NCBI GenBank assembly: GCA_002269645.1
Contig: NIVC01002097.1
Coordinates: 1 to 64,000, forward strand
Direction: 5' to 3'
DNA from: Macrostomum lignano
Taxonomy: Eukaryota
DNA length: 64,000 nt
Shown: positions 9,882 through 22,648 of the stretch, in pieces
Position numbering within the stretch: the first letter of the stretch is position 1
Layout of the letters: the number at the start of each line of letters is the position of its first letter
Notes under the pieces: model-generated
Seen by the model: the letters and a program-made list of their open reading frames with translations, nothing else
The model's database searches: none
Told to the model about the DNA's origin: nothing
Made by a program: the position numbers and the translations under genes

Positions 9882-11533
9882 TGGAAGAGTTGTGCTGTTG
9901 TTTTTGGAAGAGTTGTATTTTTTCTTTGAAAGATATATTGTGTTGAAAGAGTTGTGTTGTTGCTTTTGGGAGAGTTGTGTTGTTGCTTTTGGAAGATTTG
10001 TGTTGTTGCTTTTGGAAGATTTGTGTTGTTGCTTTTGGAAGAGTTGTGTTGTTGCTTTTGAGAGAGTTGTGTTGTTGCTTTTGAGAGAGTTGTGTTGTTG
10101 ATTTTGGAAGAGTTGTTGCTTTTGGAAGAGTTGTGTTGTTGCTTTTGGAAGAGTTGTGTTGTTGCTTTTGAGAGAGTTGTTGCTTTTGGAAGAGTTGTTG
10201 CTTTTGGAAGAGTTGTGTTGTTGCTTTTGAAAGAGTTGTGTTGTTGCTTTTAAAGATTTGTGTTGTTGCTTTTGAAGAGTTGTGTTGTTGCTTTTGGAAG
10301 AGTTGTGTTGTTGCTTTTGAGAGAGTTGTGTTGTTGCTTTTGAGAGAGTTGTGTTGTTGCTTTTGTAAGAGTTGTTGCTTTTGGAAGAGTTGTGTTGTTG
10401 CTTTTGAGAGAGTTGTTGCTTTTGGAAGAGTTGTGTTGTTGCTTTTGAAAGAGTTGTGTTGTTGCTTTTGGGAGAGTTGTGTTGTTGCTTTTGGAAGATT
10501 TGTGTTGTTGCTTTTGGAAGAGTTGTGTTGTTGCTTTTAAAGATTCGTGTTGTTGCTTTTGAAGAGTTGTGTTGTTGCTTTTGGAAGATTTGTGTTGTTG
10601 CTTTTGGAAGAGTTGTATTGTTGCTTTTGGAAGATTTGTGTTGTTGCTTTTGAAAGAGTTGTGTTGTTGCTTTTTGGAAGATTTGTGTTGTTGCTTTTGG
10701 AAGATTTGTGTTGTTGCTTTTGGAAGAGTTGTGTTGTTGCTTTTAAAGAGTTGTGTTGTTGCTTTTGGAAGAGTTGTGTTGTTGCTTTTGAGAGAGTTGT
10801 TGCTTTTGGAAGAGTTGTGTTGTTGCTTTTGAAAGAGTTGTGTTGTTGCTTTTGGGAGAGTTGTGTTGTTGCTTTTGGAAGATTTGTGTTGTTGCTTTTG
10901 GAAGAGTTGTGTTGTTGCTTTTAAAGATTCGTGTTGTTGCTTTTGAAGAGTTGTGTTGTTGCTTTTGGAAGATTTGTGTTGTTGCTTTTGGAAGATTTGT
11001 GTTGTTGCTTTTGGAAGAGTTGTGTTGTTGCTTTTGGAAGATTTGTGTTGTTGCTTTTGGAAGATTTGTGTTGTTGCTTTTGGAAGATTTGTGTTGTTGC
11101 TTTTGGAAGAGTTGTATTGTTGCTTTTGGAAGATTTGTGTTGTTGCTTTTGGGAGAGTTGTGTTGTTGCTTTTTGGAAGATTTGTGTTGTTGCTTTTGGA
11201 AGAGTTGTATTGTTGCTTTTGGAAGATTTGTGTTGTTGCTTTTGGGAGAGTTGTGTTGTTGCTTTTTGGAAGATTTGTGTTGTTGCTTTTGGAAGATTTG
11301 TGTTGTTGCTTTTGGAAGAGTTGTGTTGTTGCTTTTGAGAGAGTTGTGTTGTTGCTTTTGGAAGAGTTGTTGCTTTTGGAAGAGTTGTGTTGTTGTTTTG
11401 AGAGAGTTGTTGCTTTTGGAAGAGTTGTGTTGTTGCTTTTGAAAGAGTTGTGTTGTTGCTTTTGGGAGACTTGTGTTGTTGCTTTTAGAAGATTTGTGTT
11501 GTTGCTTTTGGAAGAGTTGTGTTGTTGCTTTTG
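9882..11533. repeat. Minisatellite, 23-bp unit GGAAGAGTTGTGTTGTTGCTTTT, ~70 copies
   Basis: Direct reading; variant units and a 384-bp higher-order duplication. Confidence 0.95.
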
Positions 11534-11860
11534 GAGCAAACTGCTTGTTGATCGCTGTCAATCCCGATCAGCTGATGCTGTTAGCAAACTGCTTGTTGAT
11601 CACTGTCAATCCCGATCAGCTGATGCCGTTAGCAAACTGCTTGTTGATCACTGTCAATCCCGATCAGCTGATGCTGTTAGCAAACTGCTTGTTGATCACT
11701 GTCAATCCCGATCAGCTGATGCTGTTAGCAAACTGCTTGTTGATCACTGTCAATCCCGATCAGCTGATGCTGTTAGCAAACTGCTTGTTGATCACTGTCA
11801 ATCTCGATCAGCTGATGCTGTTAGCAAACTACTTGTTGATCGCTGTCAATCCCGGTCAGC
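11534..11860. repeat. Minisatellite, 48-bp unit, ~6.5 copies
   Basis: AGCAAACTGCTTGTTGATCACTGTCAATCCCGATCAGCTGATGCTGTT repeated. Confidence 0.95.
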
Positions 11861-14262
11861 TTTCCACACTCAAGGTCAGCTGTTCCAATTCAAGTTATTG
11901 CTTACTCAGTAACGCCCGTCTGTCTTAAGACGCGAAGTCTATTTACATAAAAATACTTGGCAGCTTGTTGTTGACAGCCACCGTTCGGTGCGGGGTCATG
12001 CTTGGTGCGGCTGAGCAGCTTGAGCAGCTTGAGCAGCGTCCGGCACGGCCCACCTCAAGGTTGTGCATGCAAATTTTTCATATCCACACTCATTAATGCG
12101 AATGGCGGTCGGGGCAAAGAGAGTCGGCTTGAGGAAAAATGAGATGAGAAGATTAGGCCAGGCTGGAGAGGCGATGCGCGGCCTCTCGCTGTGCTCGGGG
12201 AGAAAAACCCAATAAATCAAGATTTTCACTCGCGCAGCTCCGCCCCCGGCATGTGCCAGCATTGGTAAAGATTGAAGAAGTTGCTCCAATACTTTTCGCT
12301 TCGGCCTTTTATGCCTATGGAGAGTTATACCAATGGTATTGCCTGTAAATTAGGTAAATGTACGATTTTTAAGCTTTGCACATTTTAGCTATACCTTAAC
12401 CCGAATCCGCATCGGCTGCAGTGCTCACAGTCTGGGGCGCCGTTTCTCGAAACTCACTTAGGCTTGGACAGAGACGCAAGTAGGGGGGGCATACTCATGG
12501 CTTGTTGGATGATCCGTCGCAAAATTGCACAGAATTCGTTAAATTACACAGAAAGTTGTTTCTACGGCGCAGAGGGGCTCATAACCCAGCGGTCTAGCGC
12601 CAGCGGCCCAGACTCGATTTCAAGTGCAGTCACACTAATTCGGGATATCGGCTTGGCTCCGCTCGTGCAGTTAACGCCCTTGAGGGCCAACCCCGAAGGC
12701 ACAACTGAAGTGTACATGCCCAACGATAAATAAAGTTAGGGCCGCTGTACACTCCTGTGTGAGTGCCTGTGCCTGCGAGTATGACTGCGTACGTGTCCTT
12801 GCGCTTGTGTGCCTGCTCAGGGGAGTCGGTGAAATGGGCAAGTAACGCCTCTCGCCGGTTGTGTGACAATGTCGCTTAAAGTGCTCCCAGGGTGCACGCA
12901 GCCCTTTTACCTATAAAAAATTCCATCGGCTTAAGATGAATCTTACGACTGGTTCGAGAAACGGCCCCCACAAGCTGCTGCTGCTGACGCTGCAGGGCTC
13001 GAACTCGGCGCTTCGTCGACTGTCTGTTGGAATGCGAGCAGCACGAATTTGCTCCAGTTGCTATGCGGAGTCCAGAACAAGACAGCTATTGCCAACTTAG
13101 GGCTTAACTGCGCTCTCTTAAATCAAGCAAGCGCAGCCTCCTTCTAAGGGTGCACTTTAGCTGTCCATGGTACCATCGTGTGTGCACTACAACTATGAAT
13201 CACCAGGAAAGAATCTCGGCTCAGGGGCGTGCAGCCTCCTGGACTGTCTGCCCCCCCCCATTCGGCCTTCGCCGACTCCCAACCGAACACTTTCTCGCTT
13301 TGTTTCCCGCCTCTTTCGCTGCATCATTCGGAGAATTGTTGTCACGCGAGGCCGCGGAACGGAAGCTCTCCGGCCACACAAAATACGGCCGCTAATTGCG
13401 AGCCCGCAGCGTTGCCCAGCAGCTCATCGCTTGGCACCCCCTGCTGCGCCTAGCTGGCAAATTTTTTCACTGCCGGATCTCAAAACGCTAACGGAATGGA
13501 CGCGACAATAAAAGTACACACTGGACGACTTGCATAACAACTGCGGTTTATCCGTCTGTGCATTTGTTTCCACTGCTTGGCTAATTCATGACCAATTGCT
13601 AGCCAAGCTTCCTGTTTACTTTGCGATAATTCAACCTTTGCTTTTAGGCCGAGATTATTAGTGTATCTTTAGAAGCAAAAATTAGCTTAAAGACGATAAG
13701 CAAAATGCGCACCTTGCTGCTGGCACAGCATCCTGTTGGACTGCCCCATACTGCCTGTGAAATTCGGCTGAGTTACCGAGGCAGACACGGGAGCTAGAAT
13801 TGACATTACCGAATACTTTTAATAGCTTTTTGACTAGCAGACAGCAGCTGCTTGCGAAAGATGCCACTGATCGATAAAGCGATTCGCCTATTTCAGCTTC
13901 TTGCACACCAATGTAGTGCAGCGCATGAAGTGATGGAAGTGAAGGAAGCCGTTTGGAAACAAACGCCTTTCTTAGGAACGCAAAGAGCAAAGCTTTAAGA
14001 GCCCTAGCAGACCAATAGTGTCGTTTCCGGATTATACAAAACGAAATATGAACTTTCACACCGACACGCCAACCTGTGTTTGAGTAGCTCAGCAGTGACG
14101 AGTAGTAGGAGTTGGACTGTTGTGCGCGGTCAGGGTTTCTCCAATTCCACTGAATAATTTACACTAACAGGTGGTGATCAGCTCGTGAGGGGCTTTTGCC
14201 GCCAATGATTTGCAATTCAAATTGTTCCACTGTACGCTATCTGGCTATGTGTCTTTCTTAGT

Positions 14263-14387
<125 letters not shown>

Positions 14388-14915
14388 AACGCAGCAGAGC
14401 CAGAACTAGTTCGGTAAATACTCAGCAAAGCCAGACCTGTTGCAGTTCCATCCTAGCGAAGTCCAGCCTGAGCAGCGGCCGCCAGACTCATAAAACTGGC
14501 ACCGGCCGCTCCAGCCAACGAGCATCCACCCGCGGTTGGGGAATCGTAAAAATTGAATTTCACGCCTTTTCCTGCCTCCCCCAGCAACTGGCCGCAAGCG
14601 GCTCCGCGGGGCGAGTCTGAGACGGTCGCCACATGTCGGGGAGTCGAGGCGCGCTGCTGCTGCATGTTTGCTAATGAAATTTCCTGTAGGAGCCCCTGCT
14701 CAGATCTGTGCCTGCTCGGCGGGGGCCCCGGGCGCCGCTCGATTGCAGACTGGAGCGATGAAGCGACTGTAATTAAATAATTAATAAATTTGAATTCGAA
14801 TCCAGCTCCCACCGGGAGGATAAAAATCTTCACCTGAAATGGAGCAGAGTATAGAGCCCTGATGGTAGCTGTGGGATTTAAAGAACTCCAGCCAGGCGGG
14901 ATAACAGCATTGGCA

Positions 14916-14938
14916 GGACAGACAGACAGACAGACAGA

Positions 14939-14969
<31 letters not shown>

Positions 14970-14996
14970 ACAGACAGACAGACAGACAGACAGACA
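14916..14996. repeat. Compound (GACA)n/(GCCA)n microsatellite
   Basis: Direct reading. Confidence 0.9.
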
Positions 14997-15315
14997 CATT
15001 AACAGAAAGACTGACAGACGCCGCTAAGACCACCAGGCTATGGCCCCCGGCATTTGACCACAAAACTCACGACATTTATCGAAAATATGTCGAAATTGCA
15101 CTTTTGACAATTATCCTGTGTTGCAACATAGTTCTGGGAGTATTCTGAAAAACATTTATAACATTTGATAGCTAGCAATAAACGGCACAAAATATTTTCT
15201 TTCGCTACAAGCAGCTTTTTTAAATAACCGCGAAATATGAAATCCAACGGTTCGAAAATTTACTATTCTTTAATAATTAATACAAATCGGAACTGGTAAG
15301 AAATGGTAGGTTTAA

Positions 15316-15625
<310 letters not shown>

Positions 15626-15975
15626 CAATGATTGATGAGATTTAAAGCGATCCCTTCAGCTTTTGCAAATACTTCTTGATCGCGTGATGGCTGGTTCAGT
15701 CAGTTCAAACGGTTATAAGTATAAAAGAATTTATTGTGCGGATAGCAATTTCTTAGAAATTTCGCTCGACAATTTGTGAGCTTCCTTGCAACTTGTGACT
15801 GACGAATGTTTCGAAACAATTTCTAGCTCGTACTGAATAATGCACGGGTTCAGCAAAAGCAGCAAGTCCGGTCAGTGTGGGTCAGTGTGGGTCAGTGTGG
15901 GTCAGAATTGGTCGACTAGCAATAATGCGCAGGACAGTGCGGTTTTGCGGAACCGCGCAGCGTCACTTCCGAGTG

Positions 15976-17616
15976 TCACCGCTGGCCGTCGCTGCAGGAC
16001 TCGTCACGCGAATGCTGACCCGCTCTGACTTCGGCTGGGATCGTCGCCGATGACACCGCCACAGCCGCCCCGGTCTCCACGGTTGCCGTGGACTGTCGCT
16101 GTCGCTGCGGGCTGGCGCCGGTCCTCAGCTCGCGCATCAGCAGCGCCTGCGTCTCCTGCACCCGCTCCGGCGTGGCCGGCCACAGACGGCGAAGTGGCGT
16201 CTGCGGCGGAGACGCGAGCGACAGCGCCGGGGATCGGCTCGGCCCGTAGCCGAACTCGCCGTAGCGACCGAAGCTGGCGGGCGAAGTCGGCGCCTGCATT
16301 GGCGAATGCGGCGGCTGTCGTCTTCGACCGCCGTTCATCTGGTTGCCGCTATTGCTGCCGCAGGCTCCGCCTCGGCCGCCGCGGCGCCGCCGGCAGCTAA
16401 GCAGGCTGATGAATGCGCGGCGGAAGTCGCGCATCGAGTGCGCGTAGATTGCCGGGTTCACCGAGCTGTTCACGTAGCCGAGCCACGTGACCACCGCGAA
16501 TATCTGCGCCTCGCTGGCGCCGAGGCCGCCGTCGCTGAGGGCGGAGATCACGTTGCAGACAAAGAAGGGCATCCAGCAGGCGATGAAGACGCCCATCACA
16601 ATGCCCAGGGTCTTGGCGGCGCGCTGCTCACGAGAGAACCTTAGCAACTTCTTGCGCACGCCGAAGCTGCTGCGGAGTCGGCGGGCGAAGCCCCGGGCGC
16701 CGCCTCCGGCGTTGTGCTCGTCATCGTCATCGCTGCCGGCCGTGATTTCGTCTATTGCCACGCCACCCCCGTCGCAGAAGCAGCTTTGATCGTCCTCCCG
16801 TCGACTACTAACGCCGACGGCACCCGCACCGGCCGCGCCGCAACTGGTTCCGCCGCGATGGATTCGAAGCACCACGGACGTTTGCAGGCCTCTGCCGCGC
16901 AGTACCTTGGCGCCGGATTGCCAGCCTCTGACGAGGTGCACCGCAGTGCGGTAGATCTTCCAGTACACGAACAGCATCACGAGCAGAGGCGCGTAGAAAG
17001 AGACGATGGAGGAGCAGATTAAGTAAGCTGGATCGCTCGTAAATTTACATCTCGCTGACGTCGGATGCGAGGCCGCCACCTTCATTGACGGCTCGGCGGC
17101 GTGCCACCAGGCGATGGCGGGGAAGCTGATGAGGCTGGCGCAGACCCAGACCACGCCGATCATCACCAAGCAGCGGCGCTTTGTCACCTTGGACGGGTAG
17201 CTCATGGGGTTCTCGATGGCCCAGTACCTCTCGATGGCGATCATGCACAGGTTGAGGATGCTTGCCGTCGAGCTCAGCACGTCGAACGCGTGCCACAGGT
17301 CGCACCAGGTGGCGCCAAACGGCCAGCGATCGTTGGTGACGTGACTCGCCACGGCGAACGGCATGACGACGGCGCCCATGAGCAGGTCGGCGGTGGCCAG
17401 CGACACGATGAAATAGTTGGTGATGGAGCGGAGATAGTGCTCCCGTAGCACGGCCACAATGACCAGCGAGTTGCCGAACACGGTGACGCAGACGAAGACG
17501 GACAGCAGGCAGCCGAGCGCCGCGTCCTGCACTCTGATGGTCGGGTTCGTGGCGTTGGCGAGGACTTCCGCAGCGCTGGAGTTCGCCATGGCCTTGCAGG
17601 GAAAATCGGAAAGCAT
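15976..17616 (-). CDS. Dop1R2: Intronless class A aminergic GPCR, invertebrate-type dopamine receptor (INDR/DOP2/Dop1R2-like), 546 aa (alternative start MANSS at 17589)
   Basis: 7 TM; TM1-2 AVLREHYLRSITNYFIVSLATAD, TM3 Asp (DVLSSTASILNLC..ERYWAI), TM4 ISFPAIAWW, TM5 serines SSIVS, TM6 AAKTLGIVMGVFIACWMPFF, TM7 NPAIY..RDFRRAF; motifs match the Dop1R2 family as I recall it. Confidence 0.85.
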   Translation of the reverse strand: MLSDFPCKAMANSSAAEVLANATNPTIRVQDAALGCLLSVFVCVTVFGNSLVIVAVLREHYLRSITNYFIVSLATADLLMGAVVMPFAVASHVTNDRWPFGATWCDLWHAFDVLSSTASILNLCMIAIERYWAIENPMSYPSKVTKRRCLVMIGVVWVCASLISFPAIAWWHAAEPSMKVAASHPTSARCKFTSDPAYLICSSIVSFYAPLLVMLFVYWKIYRTAVHLVRGWQSGAKVLRGRGLQTSVVLRIHRGGTSCGAAGAGAVGVSSRREDDQSCFCDGGGVAIDEITAGSDDDDEHNAGGGARGFARRLRSSFGVRKKLLRFSREQRAAKTLGIVMGVFIACWMPFFVCNVISALSDGGLGASEAQIFAVVTWLGYVNSSVNPAIYAHSMRDFRRAFISLLSCRRRRGGRGGACGSNSGNQMNGGRRRQPPHSPMQAPTSPASFGRYGEFGYGPSRSPALSLASPPQTPLRRLWPATPERVQETQALLMRELRTGASPQRQRQSTATVETGAAVAVSSATIPAEVRAGQHSRDESCSDGQR

Positions 17617-19895
17617 CGAAGCAATCGAAAACTTTTTGAATTTTAAGGGCGAGCGCGCTCCGGACGGGCGGCACTCTGGCTGGGCGGATGTGCCAGCTGC
17701 GAGTGGGCGTCAGTCGGGAGCCAATGGGGATCTCGGCTTGTGACCAGCTTCCCGTTTCTGCTCAACCGGCAGTGTTCTTCATTGCTCCAGACACAGCAGG
17801 TAGGGCGCTGCTTATCTTGCCCTGAGAAAGAACCCATAGAAAGAGGATGTAAAACGCTTTTGTCTGAGCTTTTACCAACCTCAGTTTAAAAATCATTAAG
17901 CTTCAAGTTTGTAAAAAAGGTCGCGGACTACTCAAGCAGAAAGGCGCAACACGTGTGAATTGTGCAAGAGCACGTAGTAAAATTTGTTGCACAATATACA
18001 CGAAATTCTGTCCTTTTTGAAGGCCCAAATCGCTTCGTAGCGTATCGTAGCGTAGATGAGAGAGGCGCTCCTGGCTGGGTTGCGGTGGGCCGAGGTTTAT
18101 GCCATAGACGTCTCTGAGTTGCCCACATTCCAGCCTCCAAAAATCCCTTGATTGCGACGCGAAGCGTCTGGAGAATTTGCGAAATGAAATTCTTACTGCA
18201 TCCGGCTTTGCTCTGGAGTTTAGTCTCGAATATATCCAGAGAAAAATAGAGATTAACGGTCCCCTTCGTGTGCCAACTGCAAGACTGTAGACGAATGTTC
18301 AATCAATACACTGGCCTGACAGTACCTGGAATTGGACACATTCTTGCGTTTCACAATGTCCTTTTGGATGGCCTTGCATCCGATCTGGCCGCCGAAGCGA
18401 AGTGAAACGACATAATGATGCCTCGGATTTCTACAAGGGCGAATCCATCACGCAAGTGCACAAATAATTGCATCCGGGTCTGCTGTCGTCCCGACTCTAT
18501 CAAACAAAGGTATTGCAATCGGCGACATCCAGTGTGTTACTGGTCACAATCGACCCGATTCAGTCCTGATGTACATAAAGCGTATTTCACCAGCAAAGAA
18601 CCGGCATTGTCATTCTTTCTGTGCGGTTCTGTGCTGAAATTCGAAAACTGCATATTATCCTGCATGTTTGTCGGACATATTGCAAGGATTATTGTATGTA
18701 TCTAAATAAGCGAGCTTCTCTCTTTTTTTCCTTCGTGAGTCGAGAAATTTCTTAATGAAATTTTGTCTATGGTGAGAATGTGGGGGCTTCGCCTCCACAC
18801 CCCCAGCAGGGGCTTCGCCCCAACACCCCATCCCCAACTTCAACCATAGACATACAGGTATGGCTCCGGGATTTATCTGAATACATCCCGCAAAATTAAA
18901 GTAGTTTAAATAAGATATTCTATGGGTTTTTCGGTCGGTATTTCACGGTAATCACATACCGACCTCAAACCCATATAATATCTTATACGCAAAATGCTTA
19001 TTACCAGTTACTTTTTTCGATTCACAAAATTAGGAGCTAGTTTTGGCCATAGACAATTCTTATATTTTATTCTTTCTTTCTTTCTCTAGAGCTGGTGTGC
19101 AAGTGTGGGGGCGGAGCGCCCACTTGACCCCTGTCTTCTGACTTTGCCATAGACATTTGCAGCGGGCCGTGAAACCGACTGAATGCATGTGAGTAAATGG
19201 AATTTTACCATAGACAGTCTCAGCGGGCAGTGAAATGCGGTTTCTCGCCCGCTAACTAAAACACTAATATGGATGGGCTGCAGAGTGCAGAAACGAGCTA
19301 TATTAGTATATTTCAATAATGATTCAAGTATTTTCTATTGTCTATGTCCCAGCAAGACAGCGGGCAGAGGATGGGCCGCTCCTAAAGCAGTCCTAACCAA
19401 GTCCCAAATTAGCTCGTAAAAAGGTCACCGGAATCGAAGCAGGGGTCGTGGTAGTCTGGCATACAATTCGGTTCAATTCATGCATTCGTAAAGGCAATGC
19501 CTTCGCCATGTGGGAGTTAATTAGCTTTAGCAGAAAATAAGCTTTGTTTATACGAGCTCCAAAATAAATTTTGCGCTCAGTGCTAAATATATATTTATTA
19601 TGGCCAATTAAGTATTTGATTCGCCGGTGTTGCCGACAGTCCACACGAAAATGCCACCCTCGAAAAAATAAGATTTGAGAGATAAGAAAAAATTGCTAAT
19701 GATGCCGTTGCCTTGGCTCAGGGACTCTTGCAGCCCTGTGTCTGGAGAGAGGGAGAAAGAGAGGAAGAGATGAGGGAGTCTGGGCAACCCGCAAAGAAGA
19801 GCTATATGGTCATCTTCCAGGCGGAAGCGCGCCGAGCAACGTCTGCCACCCAAACTGCTGAGGTCATCGCTCTGACACTTAACGATGCCAATTAG

Positions 19896-21822
19896 CGTGC
19901 TGTGCAGAGGTGTGTTTACGCTGTCTGCAGCGGAGAGGTGTGTTCACGCTGTCTGCAGCGGAGAGGTGTGTTTATGCTGTCTGCAGCGGAGAGGTGTGTT
20001 CACGCTGTCTGCAGCGGAGAGGTGTGTTTATGCTGTCTGCAGCGGAGAGGTGTGTTTATGCTGTTTGCAGCGGAGAGGTGTGTTTATGCTGTCTGCAGCG
20101 GAGAGGTGTGTTTATGCTGTCTGCAGCGGAGAGGTGTGTTTATGCTGTTTGCAGCGGAGAGGTGTGTTCATACTGTCTGCAGCGGAGAGGTGTGTTTATC
20201 CTGTTTGCAGCGGAGAGGTGTGTTTATGCTGTCTGCAGCGGAGAGGTGTGTTTATGCTGTTTGCAGCGGAGAGGTGTGTTTACGCTGTCTGCAGCGGAGA
20301 GGTGTGTTTATGCTGTTTGCAGCGGAGAGGTGTGTTTATACTGTCTGCAGCGGAGAGGTGTGTTTATCCTGTTTGCAGCGGAGAGGTGTGTTTATCCTGT
20401 TTGCAGCGGAGAGGTGTGTTTACGCTGTCTGCAGCGGAGAGGTGTGTTTACGCTGTCTGCAGCGGAGAGGTGTGTTTACGCTGTCTGCAGCGGAGAGGTG
20501 TGTTTATGCTGTCTGCAGCGGAGAGGTGTGTTTACGCTGTTTGCAGCGGAGAGGTGTGTTTATCCTGTTTGCAGCGGAGAGGTGTGTTTACGCTGTCTGC
20601 AGCGGAGAGGTGTGTTTATGCTGTCTGCAGCGGAGAGGTGTTTTTATGCTGTCTGCAGCGGAGAGGTGTGTTTACGCTGTCTGCAGCGGAGAGGTGTGTT
20701 TACGCTGTTTGCAGCGGAGAGGTGTGTTTATACTGTCTGCAGCGGAGAGGTGTGTTTATCCTGTTTGCAGCGGAGAGGTGTGTTTATGCTGTCTGCAGCG
20801 GAGAGGTGTGTTTATGCTGTCTGCAGCGGAGAGGTGTGTTTACGCTGTCTGCAGCGGAGAGGTGTGTTTATGCTGTTTGCAGCGGAGAGGTGTGTTTATA
20901 CTGTTTGCAGCGGAGAGGTGTGTTTATCCTGTTTGCAGCGGAGAGGTGTGTTTACGCTGTCTGCAGCGGAGATGTGTGTTTATCCTGTTTGCAGCGGAGA
21001 GGTGTGTTTATCCTGTTTGCAGCGGAGAGGTGTGTTTATGCTGTCTGCAGCGGAGAGGTGTGTTTATGCTGTCTGCAGCGGAGAGGTGTGTTTACGCTGT
21101 CTGCAGCGGAGAGGTGTGTTTATGCTGTTTGCAGCGGAGAGGTGTGTTTATACTGTCTGCAGCGGAGAGGTGTGTTTATCCTGTTTGCAGCGGAGAGGTG
21201 TGTTTACGCTGTCTGCAGCGGAGAGGTGTGTTTATCCTGTTTGCAGCGGAGAGGTGTGTTTATCCTGTTTGCAGCGGAGAGGTGTGTTTACGCTGTCTGC
21301 AGCGGAGAGGTGTGTTTATCCTGTTTGCAGCGGAAAGGTGTGTTTATGCTATCTGCAGCGGAGAGGTGTGTTTATGCTGTTTGCAGCGGAGATGTGTGTT
21401 TATGCTGTCTGCAGCGGAGAGGTGTGTTTACGCTGTCTGCAGCGGAGAGGTGTGTTTATGCTGTTTGCAGCGGAGAGGTGTGTTTATACTGTCTGCAGCG
21501 GAGAGGTGTGTTTATCCTGTTTGCAGCGGAGAGGTGTGTTTACGCTGTCTGCAGCGGAGAGGTGTGTTTACGCTGTCTGCAGCGGAGAGGTGTGTTTATG
21601 CTGTCTGCAGCGGAGAGGTGTGTTTACGCTGTCTGCAGCGGAGAGGTGTGTTTATACTGTCTGCAGCGGAGAGGTGTGTTTATGCTGTTTGCAGCGGAGA
21701 GGTGTGTTTATGCTGTTTGCAGCGGAGAGGTGTGTTTATGCTGTCTGCAGCGGAGAGGTGTGTTTATGCTGTTTGCAGCGGAGAGGTGTGTTTATGCTGT
21801 CTGCAGCGGAGAGGTGTGTTTA
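19896..21822. repeat. Minisatellite, 28-bp unit GCAGCGGAGAGGTGTGTTTATGCTGTCT, ~68 copies
   Basis: Direct reading; stop-free in three plus frames, producing spurious long ORFs. Confidence 0.97.
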
Positions 21823-22243
21823 CGAGTATGCTGTGTAAGGTCCCTCTACCATTAAACTACCGGGTACTACGCTCAGGCAGGGAGGAGCTGTGTTTGTGTG
21901 TGCTCACTGTCTCTTGTCTGTCTGCAGCTTAAGGAAATTTTTAGCTAAAAAGGTGACGAAAGTAAAACTGTCTGCCTGCAGAATGAACTCAAAATTTGCA
22001 GACTGCTCTGAAAAAAACCCAGCCGGGTAATTTATTGCCGTTGTTGGCATGGCAACCATCCAAAGTTTTCGATGCGTCGGGCTCAAAAGAATATTAACCT
22101 TCTATTGGGATTTTGGCTTGAAAATTCTGATGCACAGCTTTAAGGCAAGGAAATTTTAAGGTCGCTTGGTTTTGATGAGGTGAGCACTAACCTGGGGGAC
22201 TGCAAGGCGGCTCTAAGCACTATGGGTATAAGTGGCCTCGGAA

Positions 22244-22648
22244 ATCGCCCCTAATGCATTGAAAGTCGCCCCTAATGCATCGGAAACCGCCCCTAATGCA
22301 TCGAAAACCGCCCCTAATGCATCGGAAACCGCCCCCAATGCATCGGAAACCGCCCCTAATGCATCGGAAACCGCCCCTAATGCATCGGAAAACGCCCCTA
22401 ATACATCGGAAACCGCCCCTAATGCAACGAAAATCGCCCCTAATGCATCGGAAACCGCCCCCAATGCATCGGAAACCGCCCCTAATGCATCGGAAACCGC
22501 CCCTAATGCATCGGAAAACGCCCCTAATACATCGGAAACCGCCCCTAATGCAACGAAAATCGCCCCTAATGCATCGGAAAACGCCCCTAATGCATCGGAA
22601 ACCGCCCCTAATGCATCGGAAACCGCCCCTAATGCATCGGAAATCGCT
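22244..22648. repeat. Minisatellite, 21-bp unit AATGCATCGGAAACCGCCCCT, ~19 copies
   Basis: Direct reading. Confidence 0.95.

Noticed and set aside
9832-11928. Long ORFs (up to 429 aa) over the 23-bp and 48-bp arrays
   Set aside because: Translations of tandem repeats lacking stop codons; no protein features.
19885-21932. Three 640-680 aa Cys-rich ORFs
   Set aside because: Artefact of a stop-free 28-bp repeat; all three frames give the same 28-aa cycle.
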